Shown here: positions 1-9,471 of the stretch, piece by piece
How the letters are laid out: each line of letters starts with the position of its first letter
Numbering within the stretch: the stretch's first letter is position 1
DNA from: Cytophagales bacterium
GTDB taxonomy: Bacteria; Bacteroidota; Bacteroidia; Cytophagales; Spirosomataceae
NCBI GenBank assembly: GCA_004292855.1
Contig: RDXN01000049.1
Location: forward strand, 21,760 to 85,759
Reading direction: 5' to 3'
DNA length: 64,000 nt
Notes under the pieces: model-generated
What the model was told of the DNA's origin: nothing
The model's database searches: none
The model's input: only the letters and a program-made list of their open reading frames with translations
Program-made: the position numbers and the translations under genes

Positions 1-1
1 G

Positions 2-454
2 GTGAAACGGCACTTTCTGGCCTTCCAACTCATCAACGCGATTATGATTGGAGCCGCGATTCTGATTGGTCTGAGTACGTGGTTGTTTCAACAGGGCGTG
101 ATGTCGGCGGGAACCTGGTTTACGCTGATGGGCGTCGGGTTGTACATGGCTTACGTGCCCTGCAATGGCCTGTATTTTGAACGGTTGGTGGCCTCGTTTC
201 GGTACGTCAGCACGGTCGGGTTTGTGGTCACCCTGGCCGACTGGTGGGGGTATCTGGGCAGTGTGGGTGTGTTGTTGTACAAAAACTTCGGCCAGCCCAC
301 GATCAGCTTTCTCGACTTTCTGGTGTACGGTGCCTACGGGTTATCGGTGCTCTATGCTCTACTGATTGCCATTTCTTACTGGTCGTTTGCCCGGCAATAT
401 TCCAGCAGCCAACAGCCCGATTTCGTCCCAATCACAACCTCTCTTACCCAGTAA
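2..454 (+). CDS. integral membrane protein, C-terminal part (gene starts left of window)
   Basis: ORF runs from window edge; several hydrophobic helices (IMIGAAILIGL, FVVTLADWWGYLGSVGVLL, GAYGLSVLYALLIAI); sits upstream of HAD/FAD-oxidoreductase pair. Confidence 0.5.
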   Translation: MKRHFLAFQLINAIMIGAAILIGLSTWLFQQGVMSAGTWFTLMGVGLYMAYVPCNGLYFERLVASFRYVSTVGFVVTLADWWGYLGSVGVLLYKNFGQPTISFLDFLVYGAYGLSVLYALLIAISYWSFARQYSSSQQPDFVPITTSLTQ

Positions 455-480
455 AACGTTAATCACACTCCTTTCCACTT

Positions 481-1209
481 ATGATGCCCCCCATTCAATT
501 GGTTATCTTCGACATGGCCGGTACAACCGTCGCCGACGAGCACGAGGTCGAAGCCTGTTTTATCGAAGCGGCTGCCCAAACCGGCCTGCGTGTGTCGCCC
601 GAGCGGATTTTGGCCATGCAGGGAATGGCCAAACGGTATGTGTTCGACCTGCTCTGGCGCGAACAACTCGACCACCCCACCGCCGACCCGAGCCGGTACG
701 TCGAGAAGTCGTACACGCGCTTCACGGAGGTTTTGGAAGCGCATTATCAAACCCAGCCCGTTCGCCCTACCGAAGGGTGCCTGGAGGCCTTCGCCTACCT
801 ACGCGAACGGCGCATTCCGGTTGCGCTCACCACAGGTTTTTATCGAAAAGTGACCGACATTATTTTAGGCCGGTTGGGGTGGCTCGATGGCCTTGACGAC
901 GCGCACATGGGCACGACCGACACCGTTATTCAGGCCAGTTTGGCCAGCGACGAAGTGCCCAACGGACGCCCGCACCCCGATTTGATTCGGGAAGCAATGC
1001 GCCGATTTGGAGTCGCGGACCCGAAAGCTGTAGTGAATCTGGGCGATACCCCCGCCGACCTCCAATCGGGCTTGGCGGCTCATGTGGGACACAATTTGGG
1101 CCTGACGAACGGCACCCACACCCGCGCTCAATTGACCCCGTTCCCACATCACCAACTGCTCGGTTCGTTGCTCGAACTACCCGACTATCTGACGTCTATC
1201 CGCGCATGA
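481..1209 (+). CDS. HAD-superfamily hydrolase, phosphonatase (PhnX)-like
   Basis: N-terminal DxDGT-type motif FDMAGTTV, HAD fold motifs (TTGF, NLGDTPADL); 4-nt overlap with downstream FAD oxidoreductase. Confidence 0.75.
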   Translation: MMPPIQLVIFDMAGTTVADEHEVEACFIEAAAQTGLRVSPERILAMQGMAKRYVFDLLWREQLDHPTADPSRYVEKSYTRFTEVLEAHYQTQPVRPTEGCLEAFAYLRERRIPVALTTGFYRKVTDIILGRLGWLDGLDDAHMGTTDTVIQASLASDEVPNGRPHPDLIREAMRRFGVADPKAVVNLGDTPADLQSGLAAHVGHNLGLTNGTHTRAQLTPFPHHQLLGSLLELPDYLTSIRA

Positions 1210-2354
1210 ACTACGACCTGATTATTGTTGGTGCTGGGGCGTTGGGCACGTTCCATGCCTACCACGCGGCCAAACGCGGACAGCGCGTGTTGCTGCTCGA
1301 AAAAGACAACCGACCTGTCGGCTCCACAGTGCGAAATTTTGGGCAGGTGGTGCCCTCCGGGTTGGCAGGCCGCTGGTTCGACTATGGTCGCCGGACGCTC
1401 GACATTTACCGCGAGATTCAGGCTAAAACCGACATCACCGTCCGGCAGAAAGGCTCCATTTACGTGGCCTCCGACGATGCTGAGTTGACGCTCATCAACG
1501 AACTCTTCGACCTTCGACAGGCCGACAGCTACCCGTGCGAGTTGCTCACGAAAGCCCAAACGCTCGCCCGCTACCCCAACCTCCGGCCCGACTACGTGCG
1601 CGGTGCCCTATGGTTCCCCGACGAACTAAGCGTGGAACCCGACCGGATGATTCACCGCCTGATTGGTTATTTGGTGGAACAATTGGGCGTCACCTATCGG
1701 CCCAACGCGACCGTTATCGACTGTCAGTCGGCGATGGGTCGGACGAGCGGCTCGCGGGCGGCTGTTACGCTCGCTGGCGACGATTATTACGAGGCCACGC
1801 AGGTGCTTATTTGCAGCGGGTATGAATTTCGGTTGTTGTATCCCGAAATTTTTGCCAACAGTGGTCTGGTCGTCAGCAAGTTGCAGATGATGCAGACGAT
1901 TCCGATGCCCCAGGTTCAGCTGCCCGGCAATATTCTTACCGGCCTGACGATCCGGCGGTACGAAGCCTTCGCCGAGTGCCCATCGTTTGCACTCCTAACT
2001 GCAAATACCCCCGACCATCTGGCCGAACTGAAACAGTGGGGCATTCACATTCTGTTCAAACAGGCTATAGATGGCTCTATCATCATCGGCGATTCACACG
2101 AGTACGCCCCTGCCAACCAACTAGATGATCTCGGTTTCGATACCAACGACTATATCAACGCGCTCATTCTGAACGAAGCCGCCCGAATTGTCGATTTGCC
2201 GGTCCAAAAAATAGCCCGCACGTGGGCGGGCTTCTATGCTCAGACGTCAGACGAAATTTTCGATCATCGCGTCGATGACCACATCCGAATCGTCACCGGC
2301 ATCGGCGGTAAAGGCATGAGTTCAGCGGCTGGGTACACTGAAGCGAGCTTTTGA
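1206..2354 (+). CDS. FAD-dependent oxidoreductase (DAO family; resembles the clade partnered with phosphonatase-like HAD proteins)
   Basis: Rossmann motif IIVGAGALGTFHAYHAAKRGQRVLLLEKD; DAO-like length; operon partner of HAD gene. Confidence 0.75.
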   Translation: MNYDLIIVGAGALGTFHAYHAAKRGQRVLLLEKDNRPVGSTVRNFGQVVPSGLAGRWFDYGRRTLDIYREIQAKTDITVRQKGSIYVASDDAELTLINELFDLRQADSYPCELLTKAQTLARYPNLRPDYVRGALWFPDELSVEPDRMIHRLIGYLVEQLGVTYRPNATVIDCQSAMGRTSGSRAAVTLAGDDYYEATQVLICSGYEFRLLYPEIFANSGLVVSKLQMMQTIPMPQVQLPGNILTGLTIRRYEAFAECPSFALLTANTPDHLAELKQWGIHILFKQAIDGSIIIGDSHEYAPANQLDDLGFDTNDYINALILNEAARIVDLPVQKIARTWAGFYAQTSDEIFDHRVDDHIRIVTGIGGKGMSSAAGYTEASF

Positions 2355-2369
2355 TTATTGGCGCAACGG

Positions 2370-2461
2370 TTTTTGTCATCCCGACGCAGGAGGGATCTAG
2401 CTCATCTACATCCAATTTGAGAATACCAAAAGTAGATCCCTCCTGCGTCGGGATGACAAAA
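2370..2461. repeat. REP/MITE-like palindromic element, copy 1
   Basis: TTTTTGTCATCCCGACGCAGGAGGGATCTAG ... AGTAGATCCCTCCTGCGTCGGGATGACAAAAG; perfect ~29-bp terminal inverted repeats. Confidence 0.9.
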
Positions 2462-2477
2462 GTCCGCGTACCAATCC

Positions 2478-3401
2478 TTATGCCAATCGCTCCAATAACG
2501 CTTTGGTTTTCTTGATGCCTTCGTATTCGTCGATTTTGCTGCCCTCGTACTCGATACCGGCGTAGCCCCGGAAACCGCTGTCTTTCACGATCTTCATCAT
2601 GCGGACGTAGTCGGTTTCGATGCAGTTTCCCTGCGCGTCGAAGTCGTACGTTTTAGCCGAAACGCCTTTGGCATAAGGCATTAGCTCCTGTGTGCCCTGA
2701 TAGCGGTCGTACGATTCCTCGCAGTCGAACGAGCCGGATTTGCGCTTGATGCAGAAGTTGCCGAAGTCGGGGAGGGTGCCCACGTTTTTCATGCCTACTT
2801 GCTTCATCACGCCCGATAGCCATTGCCCATTCGATGAATAGCCACCGTGGTTTTCGACAATAATGTTGATGCGAGTCTTTTTGGCAAACTCGCCAAGTGC
2901 GCCCAATCCTTCAACAGCAGCTTTAGCCACCTCGTCGGCGGTTCCGTTGCCGTAGGCGTTTACGCGGATGGTTTTGCAGCCAAGGTATTTGGCACACTCG
3001 ACCCACTTTTTGTGGTTATCGACTGCCTTGTTGCGCTTGTCGGCGTCGAGTTCGGCCAGGCCACCCTCCCCGTCGATCATGATGAGGTGGTTTTTTACGC
3101 CGTTGTCTTTGCAGCGGGCGAGCAGGTCGTTGAGGTAGGCGGTGTCCTGCGCTTTGTCTTTGAAAAACTGGTTCACGTACTCAACCGCGCTGATACCGAA
3201 CTCTTTTTTGGCGAGGGCCGGAAAGTCGAGGTTGGTGATTTTTTTGGCAAACAGGGCCTTGTGGAGCGACCATTCGGCCAGCGAAATTTCGAAAAATGGT
3301 TTCTTGGCTCCGGTTGCGAGGGCTTCGGGCAACAGGGCGACTGTTGCGGCAACGGTGGCGGCTTGTTTCAAGAACGAGCGACGATCTGTGGCGTTTGTCA
3401 T
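2478..3401 (-). CDS. sugar phosphate isomerase/epimerase (xylose-isomerase-like TIM barrel), Tat-signal secreted
   Basis: N-term [18 protein letters not shown] twin-arginine signal; TIM-barrel isomerase-like motifs ([14 protein letters not shown]). Confidence 0.7.
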   Translation of the reverse strand: MTNATDRRSFLKQAATVAATVALLPEALATGAKKPFFEISLAEWSLHKALFAKKITNLDFPALAKKEFGISAVEYVNQFFKDKAQDTAYLNDLLARCKDNGVKNHLIMIDGEGGLAELDADKRNKAVDNHKKWVECAKYLGCKTIRVNAYGNGTADEVAKAAVEGLGALGEFAKKTRINIIVENHGGYSSNGQWLSGVMKQVGMKNVGTLPDFGNFCIKRKSGSFDCEESYDRYQGTQELMPYAKGVSAKTYDFDAQGNCIETDYVRMMKIVKDSGFRGYAGIEYEGSKIDEYEGIKKTKALLERLA

Positions 3402-3685
3402 GATTTTAAAAGCGGTATAGGAACGGGCTTACTCAAAACGACATAAAAAAAGCTGACCGTATAGCGGCCAGCCTTTCTGATAGTTGAATACAACCTGAAT
3501 TATAGCAATAACCAGAGAATTATTTGTATAAAATTGATTAATGTAATCCAGATTTCCAAATTTTTAATCGAAACTTATTGAACAACTACCGATAAGTTAG
3601 CCTGAAAAGGACGTACTTAATTGATAGTCAGTTTCTTTTACCGTGTAGAAAATATAATACAAACACGCAAACAAGCCTTGTATTA

Positions 3686-3784
3686 CACCCTGCCAGTGGT
3701 CGACAGACCCTGGCAGGGGTTTCTGACTAGCGAGCGAGTACCCACGGACACCCCTGCCAGGGTCTGTCGACCACTGGCAGGGTG
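3686..3784. repeat. perfect 35-bp inverted repeat, 29-nt spacer (CACCCTGCCAGTGGTCGACAGACCCTGGCAGGGGT / reverse complement)
   Basis: read directly; arm2 is the exact reverse complement of arm1; each arm is itself near-palindromic around GTCGAC. Confidence 0.9.
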
Positions 3785-3793
3785 TTGGGCAGG

Positions 3794-4807
3794 TCATGAG
3801 CCAATTGATTGCGGTTCCACCGCAACAAAATGTTTTTGGTTGAGGGGTAGATTTTCGGGCGTCCAAACCACGTCGCACACGAACGGGAATGCCCGCACGG
3901 GGCAGTCGGCCACGCGGCAATAGTGGCAACACTCCTTCAGACAAGGGTCGGTGTGGACGAAGATCTCAACCTCGCTGTTCGAGGCTTCCTTCAAGGCATC
4001 TTCAAACACGTGAACCTCATTATGCACCGTTTCCAGATCCCAATAATAGGGCAGCGTCAGGTGGCAGTCGATGTGCAGGTCGGCTCCGTATTTCTGGACG
4101 CGTAGGTTGTGAACGTCGATCCAGTTGCGGCTTTTGCGCACGTTTAGCACCGAAACAACCCGGTTCAGCGTGGGGCGGTCGGTTTCGTCCATGAGCCGCG
4201 CTACCGATTGACGGGTGATTACGAAGCCGTTGTATAAAATAACCCCGGCCAGAATGAGTGATAACAAACTGTCGAGCCAAACCAGCCCGGTGAGCCAAAC
4301 CAGCCCTACGCCCACCACCACAAAGGTGCTGCTGATACTGTCGGTGAGCAGGTGCCGCCCGTCGGCGATGAGGGCGAGTGAGTCGGTTCGGTTGCCCGTT
4401 TGCACGAGTCGCCAGCCCATGAATGCGTTTACAGCGGTCGTGAGGGCGATAATCGCTAAACCCCAGTCGAGGTTATCGAGCGAGCGCGGTTCCAGGAAAC
4501 TCAACACGGCCTCAACCAGAATAAACAAACCTGCCGAGATGATGAGGGCACCCTCGAAACCCGACGACAGGAACTCGATTTTGCCGTGTCCGTAAGGGTG
4601 ATTCTGATCGCGCGGCTGCCCTGATAAATAGATGCTGTACAGTGCAAACCCGCTTGCCACCACGTTCACGATAGACTCAAGCGCGTCGGTTAAAATAGCC
4701 GTTGAGTTGGTCAGGTAGTACGCGCCAATTTTGAGCAGAAGTAACAAAACACTCAGCCCGAGCGACACGCTCATCCAGCGATATTTAGTCGATTGATTCG
4801 ATTGCAT
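3794..4807 (-). CDS. cation diffusion facilitator (CDF) family metal efflux transporter with Cys-rich C-terminal tail
   Basis: CDF signature region (HPYGHGKIEFLSSGFEGALII), 6 TM helices; tail CLKECCHYCRVADC. Confidence 0.85.
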   Translation of the reverse strand: MQSNQSTKYRWMSVSLGLSVLLLLLKIGAYYLTNSTAILTDALESIVNVVASGFALYSIYLSGQPRDQNHPYGHGKIEFLSSGFEGALIISAGLFILVEAVLSFLEPRSLDNLDWGLAIIALTTAVNAFMGWRLVQTGNRTDSLALIADGRHLLTDSISSTFVVVGVGLVWLTGLVWLDSLLSLILAGVILYNGFVITRQSVARLMDETDRPTLNRVVSVLNVRKSRNWIDVHNLRVQKYGADLHIDCHLTLPYYWDLETVHNEVHVFEDALKEASNSEVEIFVHTDPCLKECCHYCRVADCPVRAFPFVCDVVWTPENLPLNQKHFVAVEPQSIGS

Positions 4808-4856
4808 TGCTCAAAATTAACCCTTAAAACCCGAAAAAGCTGTACTTTCGCCGGTA

Positions 4857-5404
4857 TGAATTCGACCGAAAATCCCTGGCAAACGCACACCTCAGCGGTT
4901 GCTTATGAGAATAACTGGCTCACCATCAGGCACGAAGAAGTAACAACGCCCGCCAACACCCCCGGTATTTACGGCGTGGTTAGTTTTAAAAACAAAGCCG
5001 TGGGTGTGGTGCCCATCGACGCCGATGGGAACACCTATCTGGTTGGTCAGTACCGGTATCCTCTAAACGAATATTCGTGGGAAATTCCCGAAGGCGGCTC
5101 CCCCCTCGGCACCGACCCCCTCGACTCGGCCAAGCGCGAGTTGAAAGAGGAAACCGGCCTCGAAGCCCGCAAGTGGACCAAAATCGCCCGCATCCATACC
5201 TCTAATTCTGCCACCGACGAGGAGGGTTTTATCTATGTGGCCGAAGACCTGATTCAGGGTGAACACGAGCCCGAAGAAACCGAGGATTTGCAACTCCTCA
5301 AACTCCCCCTCGCCGAGGCCGTTCAGATGGTAATGCGTAGCGAAATCACCGACGCCATCAGCATGACCGCCCTTCTCATGGTAGGTAGACTCTACAATGT
5401 ATGA
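4857..5404 (+). CDS. NUDIX hydrolase (ADP-ribose pyrophosphatase-like)
   Basis: Nudix box GGSPLGTDPLDSAKRELKEETGL; ORF start trimmed to ATG 4857 (MNSTENPW). Confidence 0.8.
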
Positions 5405-6039
5405 TCGAAGCTCTATTCTACGGTCTGCTGTCAGGGTTTTTGCTGTGCCTAACCTTCGGGACGGTGTTCTTTTCGCTCTTGCAGAATAGCGTCGATAATG
5501 GGTATAAATCGGGCATGAAAATCGCCCTGGGCGTGGTGGTCTGCGACGCCTTGTTCATTGCGTCGGCTCTTTTTGGCACCTCATTTATTCCTAAAATCGA
5601 CGGATTCGATCTGATTTTGACGCTCGTCGGTATCGTGTTTCTGGTGCTGATGGGCTTGGTAAACATCTTGAAAGGCACCCCGCGCATTGCCTATCCGACC
5701 ACTCGCTTTGGTAATTTTCTATACTACTTCTGGACGGGCTTTTTGCTCAATGGCCTCAACCCGATCAATTTTCTCACGTGGGCAACCTTAGCGGCCTCCC
5801 TTCGTAACTCGTTCCATTACGACTTAGGTGAGCAAATCGGTTTCATGACCATGAGCGTTGTAGGCATTTTCCTCACGCAATCGGGAATTGCTCTATCGGC
5901 GCATAAGCTCAAACGCTTTTTCACGCCCCGCATCGTTCTGAATTTCAATCGACTAACGGGGCTGGTATTTATCGGGATTGCCGCTGGTTTGGCCTACACG
6001 CGATTGTATGCGCCGTTGGCGAAACTGATGCACTGGTGA
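5401..6039 (+). CDS. LysE/RhtB family amino-acid exporter
   Basis: ~210 aa, 6 TM, LysE-type N-terminus; ATGA overlap with NUDIX stop. Confidence 0.75.
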   Translation: MIEALFYGLLSGFLLCLTFGTVFFSLLQNSVDNGYKSGMKIALGVVVCDALFIASALFGTSFIPKIDGFDLILTLVGIVFLVLMGLVNILKGTPRIAYPTTRFGNFLYYFWTGFLLNGLNPINFLTWATLAASLRNSFHYDLGEQIGFMTMSVVGIFLTQSGIALSAHKLKRFFTPRIVLNFNRLTGLVFIGIAAGLAYTRLYAPLAKLMHW

Positions 6040-6041
6040 TT

Positions 6042-6596
6042 TTACTTCACCTGATAAACCCCCCGTGTAAAAGGCGGTTGCCGTAGGAGTTGAAACGAGT
6101 TTTCATCACCGAGCATGACGGCCCGGCGGAGGTCGTTTTCGGCTTGCTGGATTTGCCGGAGTTGAATCCGGGCAAGGGCACGCCAACGGTAAGCGTCGGG
6201 TTGCTCGTCGCGGAGGTGCCAAACCGCCTTATCGAACTCGCGGAAGGCTTCGGGAAACTGGTGCGTTTTGTAGTAGGCAATGCCCCGGTCGAGGTAACAG
6301 TCGCCGAGAGTGTTGTCGCGGCTGAGGGCCTGGGTGAGGTCGTAAATGGCCGAATAGTAGTTGTCTTGCAGCAACTGGCATTTACCCCGGTAGGCATAGG
6401 CAATGGCCGATTTCGGATGCTGCTTCACGGCCTCATTGAAATACGTAAATGCAGGCTCAAGATCTCGATTTTTGAGTTGTTCAATGCCTGTCTCAAACCG
6501 GATACGATCTTTATCGGCGGGTGTGTCGTGGTCCGTAACGAAGTATTTGATGGCCAGATAAACGGCAAACAGCAAACCGATCAGCGAGACTTCCAT
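6042..6596 (-). CDS. TPR-repeat protein, N-terminal membrane anchor
   Basis: N-term TM helix; repeated AxxYxxRGxxxxxxxxYxxAIxDLxxAL TPR-like units. Confidence 0.65.
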   Translation of the reverse strand: MEVSLIGLLFAVYLAIKYFVTDHDTPADKDRIRFETGIEQLKNRDLEPAFTYFNEAVKQHPKSAIAYAYRGKCQLLQDNYYSAIYDLTQALSRDNTLGDCYLDRGIAYYKTHQFPEAFREFDKAVWHLRDEQPDAYRWRALARIQLRQIQQAENDLRRAVMLGDENSFQLLRQPPFTRGVYQVK

Positions 6597-6611
6597 AACT
6601 ATTTCGGATTG

Positions 6612-6706
6612 TTTTTTTTGTCATTCCGACGAAGGAGGAATCTTGTACTCCTCCAACGCTCTAGTTAGTCTGACTTTAAGATTCCTCCTTCGTCGGAATG
6701 ACAAAA
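6612..6706. repeat. REP/MITE-like element, variant copy 2 (GTCATTCCGACGAAGGAGGAATCTT stem)
   Basis: both arms carry matching substitutions relative to copy 1. Confidence 0.85.
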
Positions 6707-6711
6707 ACAGT

Positions 6712-7065
6712 TTACTCAAAAAATTGCGCTTGAGCCGCCTTCGATAAGCTTTTTCGAACCAAATCATAGGAGTGGTCGATCCACTCCTGCACCTGCGACC
6801 AACGGAGGGTCGGGTGCATGATCACGGTGTTCCAATGAGTCTTGTTCATGTGATAACCAGGCTGCACCGCCGAGAACTCATCCCGTAATTGCACAGCCCG
6901 CTCAGGGTCGCACTTGAGGTTGACGCTGACAGGCTGCGCATCGAGCGAAATCAGGGCAAACATTTTACCCCCCACTTTGAGCACAAGTGTCTCAGGGTCA
7001 AACGGCAGAGATTCGGTTGTGCCGGGTTTACTCAGACAGTAGTCGCGGAGGGCTTCAACATTCAT
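6712..7065 (-). CDS. MmcQ/YjbR family DNA-binding protein
   Basis: ~117 aa with YjbR-type sequence (LRDYCLSKPGTTESLPFD...LKVGGKMFALI). Confidence 0.65.
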   Translation of the reverse strand: MNVEALRDYCLSKPGTTESLPFDPETLVLKVGGKMFALISLDAQPVSVNLKCDPERAVQLRDEFSAVQPGYHMNKTHWNTVIMHPTLRWSQVQEWIDHSYDLVRKSLSKAAQAQFFE

Positions 7066-7250
7066 CGGTTGCAGGCACGAACAATCATGACGACTAAACA
7101 AAACAAAAACATCACAATCGAGATCCGATTGATGCCGTGCATCATACGGAGGTTAAAACTCGACGGATCGTTGGGGTTGGGCTTGCGAAACACCCGCAGG
7201 AAATAAGCAAACACCGGCCCAATTTTGAGATAATCAATGAAGCGATTCAT
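7062..7250 (-). CDS. small hypothetical membrane protein (62 aa)
   Basis: C-terminal TM helix; stop overlaps the MmcQ start codon (ATGA), suggesting translational coupling. Confidence 0.3.
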   Translation of the reverse strand: MNRFIDYLKIGPVFAYFLRVFRKPNPNDPSSFNLRMMHGINRISIVMFLFCLVVMIVRACNR

Positions 7251-7384
7251 AGCAGAGAACAGAGATCAGTGAGCAACGAACAACTGTCTTTGTGAAAGTT
7301 ACACAGCCTATAGAAACAATGTTTTGTTTGTTAAAAATGTTCAACTAGAAGCATCTAAAACTGATTTCTGTTGACTGTTCGCTG

Positions 7385-9373
7385 TCATCTGTTTTCTGCT
7401 TCCAGCCACCGCCCATCTTCCCGGATCAGTTCGATTAATTCGTCGACGGCGTTGGCGGCTGGCACCGATTTTTTGATCACCTGCTGACCCCGGTACAGCG
7501 CAATTTTGTCGCGACCAATGCCCACGTAGCCGTAGTCGGCATCAGCCATCTCGCCGGGGCCGTTCACAATGCACCCCATGATCCCAATCTTGACGCCCTT
7601 GAGGTGGTCGGTGCGCTGCCGGATGGTGGCCGTGGTTTCCTGCAAATCGAACAGAGTCCGGCCACACGAAGGGCAAGAGATGTATTCCGTTTTGGTGATA
7701 CGCGTGCGGGCAGCCTGCAAAATGCCGAAAGCCAGTTCGTTGGCTCGTTTGCGGTCGTCGGCTTCTACCGACAGCATCACGCCGTCGCCCAGGCCATCGA
7801 CCAGCAAACCGCCCATGTCGGTGGCGGCATAGAGCGGCAAATCGTTGGGCAAAACGGTCGGGTAGGAGCGGGCAATGACCACGGGGGCCGTGATGTTACG
7901 GTTCAGTAACTCTACAAACAGTCGACGCAGTTCGGGCATGGCGTGGGCGTTGGTGGTCTCGATTATGAGCACCAACGAGGGGTCGGTTTGTAGCGTCTCC
8001 GCCAGCGAGTCGGTCAGGTCGGCGAGGGATAGGCGCACGAGGTTGAGCCGGTTGCTGAGTCCCGTTTGGGCGGCATTCAGGTATTCATCGGGCGTAAGCA
8101 GGGGGAAGGTGTTGGCCGTGTCGCCCTTGGTCAGCCAGGCCGCGTAATTGAGGACTTCTTTCAGGCCGTTGGGCAACATAAAAGCCGCTGGAACTGAGCC
8201 GGTATAGATAAAATCGGCCCCCAGATCGTTCATGGCCCACTTGTCGGGTTCGGGCAGGTAAAAATGCCCGATAGCCTTTAGTTGGGCCATATCCGTGACG
8301 GGTGTCTGACTAAAATCGGCCAACACACGCGGCACGTTGCCCGCCCCAAAGTTAAACACCTCGCGGGTGCTCCGACGCTTGTAGCTGAACGGGTCGATGG
8401 GGTAGGAGGTTACGGGCGCGATGGGTTGCGACTCGGCGGACCGATGCGTATAACGGTCGATCAACGCTTTGGCAACGGGAGCCTCGCGCTCCGGGTCTTC
8501 GGTGAGCGACACCCGCACGGTATCACCCAGGCCGTCTTCGAGCAGCGTGCCGATACCCACCGCCGATTTGATCCGTCCATCTTCGGCTTCGCCCGCTTCG
8601 GTCACGCCCAGGTGCAACGGATACGGTTTTAAACCCTCCTGATCCATGCGTTGCACCAACAGCCGGTAGGCCTGCACCATCACCTGCGGGTTGCTGGACT
8701 TCATCGACAGCACAATGTTATAGTACTGCTCGTCCTCACAAATCCGCAAAAACTCCAGTGCCGACTCCACCATGCCCACGGGCGTGTCGCCGTAGCGACT
8801 CAAAATTCGGTCCGACAGCGAGCCGTGGTTCGTGCCGATCCGCATGGCCGTACCGTATTGCTTGCAGATCTGCACCAGCGGCAAAAACTTCTCGCGGATG
8901 CGTTCGAGTTCGGCAGCGTACGAGGCATCGGTATAGTCGATGTGCTCGAAGCGTTTGCGGTCGGCGTAGTTGCCGGGGTTTATGCGGACTTTCTCGACAA
9001 TCCGGGCGGCCAATTCGGCAGCGTTTGGTGTGAAGTGAATATCGGCCACGAGGGGCGTGTGGTAGCCCCGCAGGCGCAGTTCTTTGCGGATATTTTCGAG
9101 ATTTTGTGCCTCCTTTACGCTCGGTGCCGTGATACGAATGTACTCGCAACCGGCCTCGATCATCCGGATCGACTGCTCTACCGACCCCGCCGTGTCCATC
9201 GTGTCGATGGTGGTCATCGACTGCACCCGAATCGGGTAATCGGACCCCATCGGCACGTCGCCGATATTGACCGTTATGGTCTTGCGCCGGACGTATTGGG
9301 TGAGCGACGTAGTGTATAAACTTGGTTTATCAGGCGTAAGGATGGGGGCGGAGGTTGAAAGGGTATCGAGCAT
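7385..9373 (-). CDS. ispG: 4-hydroxy-3-methylbut-2-en-1-yl diphosphate synthase (flavodoxin), long A*B-domain form
   Basis: 662 aa; GcpE motifs (IRVQSMT, GTNHGSL, C-terminal CPSCGRT Fe-S cysteines) with the large insert domain typical of Bacteroidota/plant IspG. Confidence 0.95.
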   Translation of the reverse strand: MLDTLSTSAPILTPDKPSLYTTSLTQYVRRKTITVNIGDVPMGSDYPIRVQSMTTIDTMDTAGSVEQSIRMIEAGCEYIRITAPSVKEAQNLENIRKELRLRGYHTPLVADIHFTPNAAELAARIVEKVRINPGNYADRKRFEHIDYTDASYAAELERIREKFLPLVQICKQYGTAMRIGTNHGSLSDRILSRYGDTPVGMVESALEFLRICEDEQYYNIVLSMKSSNPQVMVQAYRLLVQRMDQEGLKPYPLHLGVTEAGEAEDGRIKSAVGIGTLLEDGLGDTVRVSLTEDPEREAPVAKALIDRYTHRSAESQPIAPVTSYPIDPFSYKRRSTREVFNFGAGNVPRVLADFSQTPVTDMAQLKAIGHFYLPEPDKWAMNDLGADFIYTGSVPAAFMLPNGLKEVLNYAAWLTKGDTANTFPLLTPDEYLNAAQTGLSNRLNLVRLSLADLTDSLAETLQTDPSLVLIIETTNAHAMPELRRLFVELLNRNITAPVVIARSYPTVLPNDLPLYAATDMGGLLVDGLGDGVMLSVEADDRKRANELAFGILQAARTRITKTEYISCPSCGRTLFDLQETTATIRQRTDHLKGVKIGIMGCIVNGPGEMADADYGYVGIGRDKIALYRGQQVIKKSVPAANAVDELIELIREDGRWLEAENR

Positions 9374-9471
9374 ACGATTGGTTCGTTGTGACGGAACGAC
9401 ATTCCGCTACAAAGGTAACACAATCTGAAAGAAGGAATAAACAGGGATAAAGTAACTAAAACCGTCTTCCC

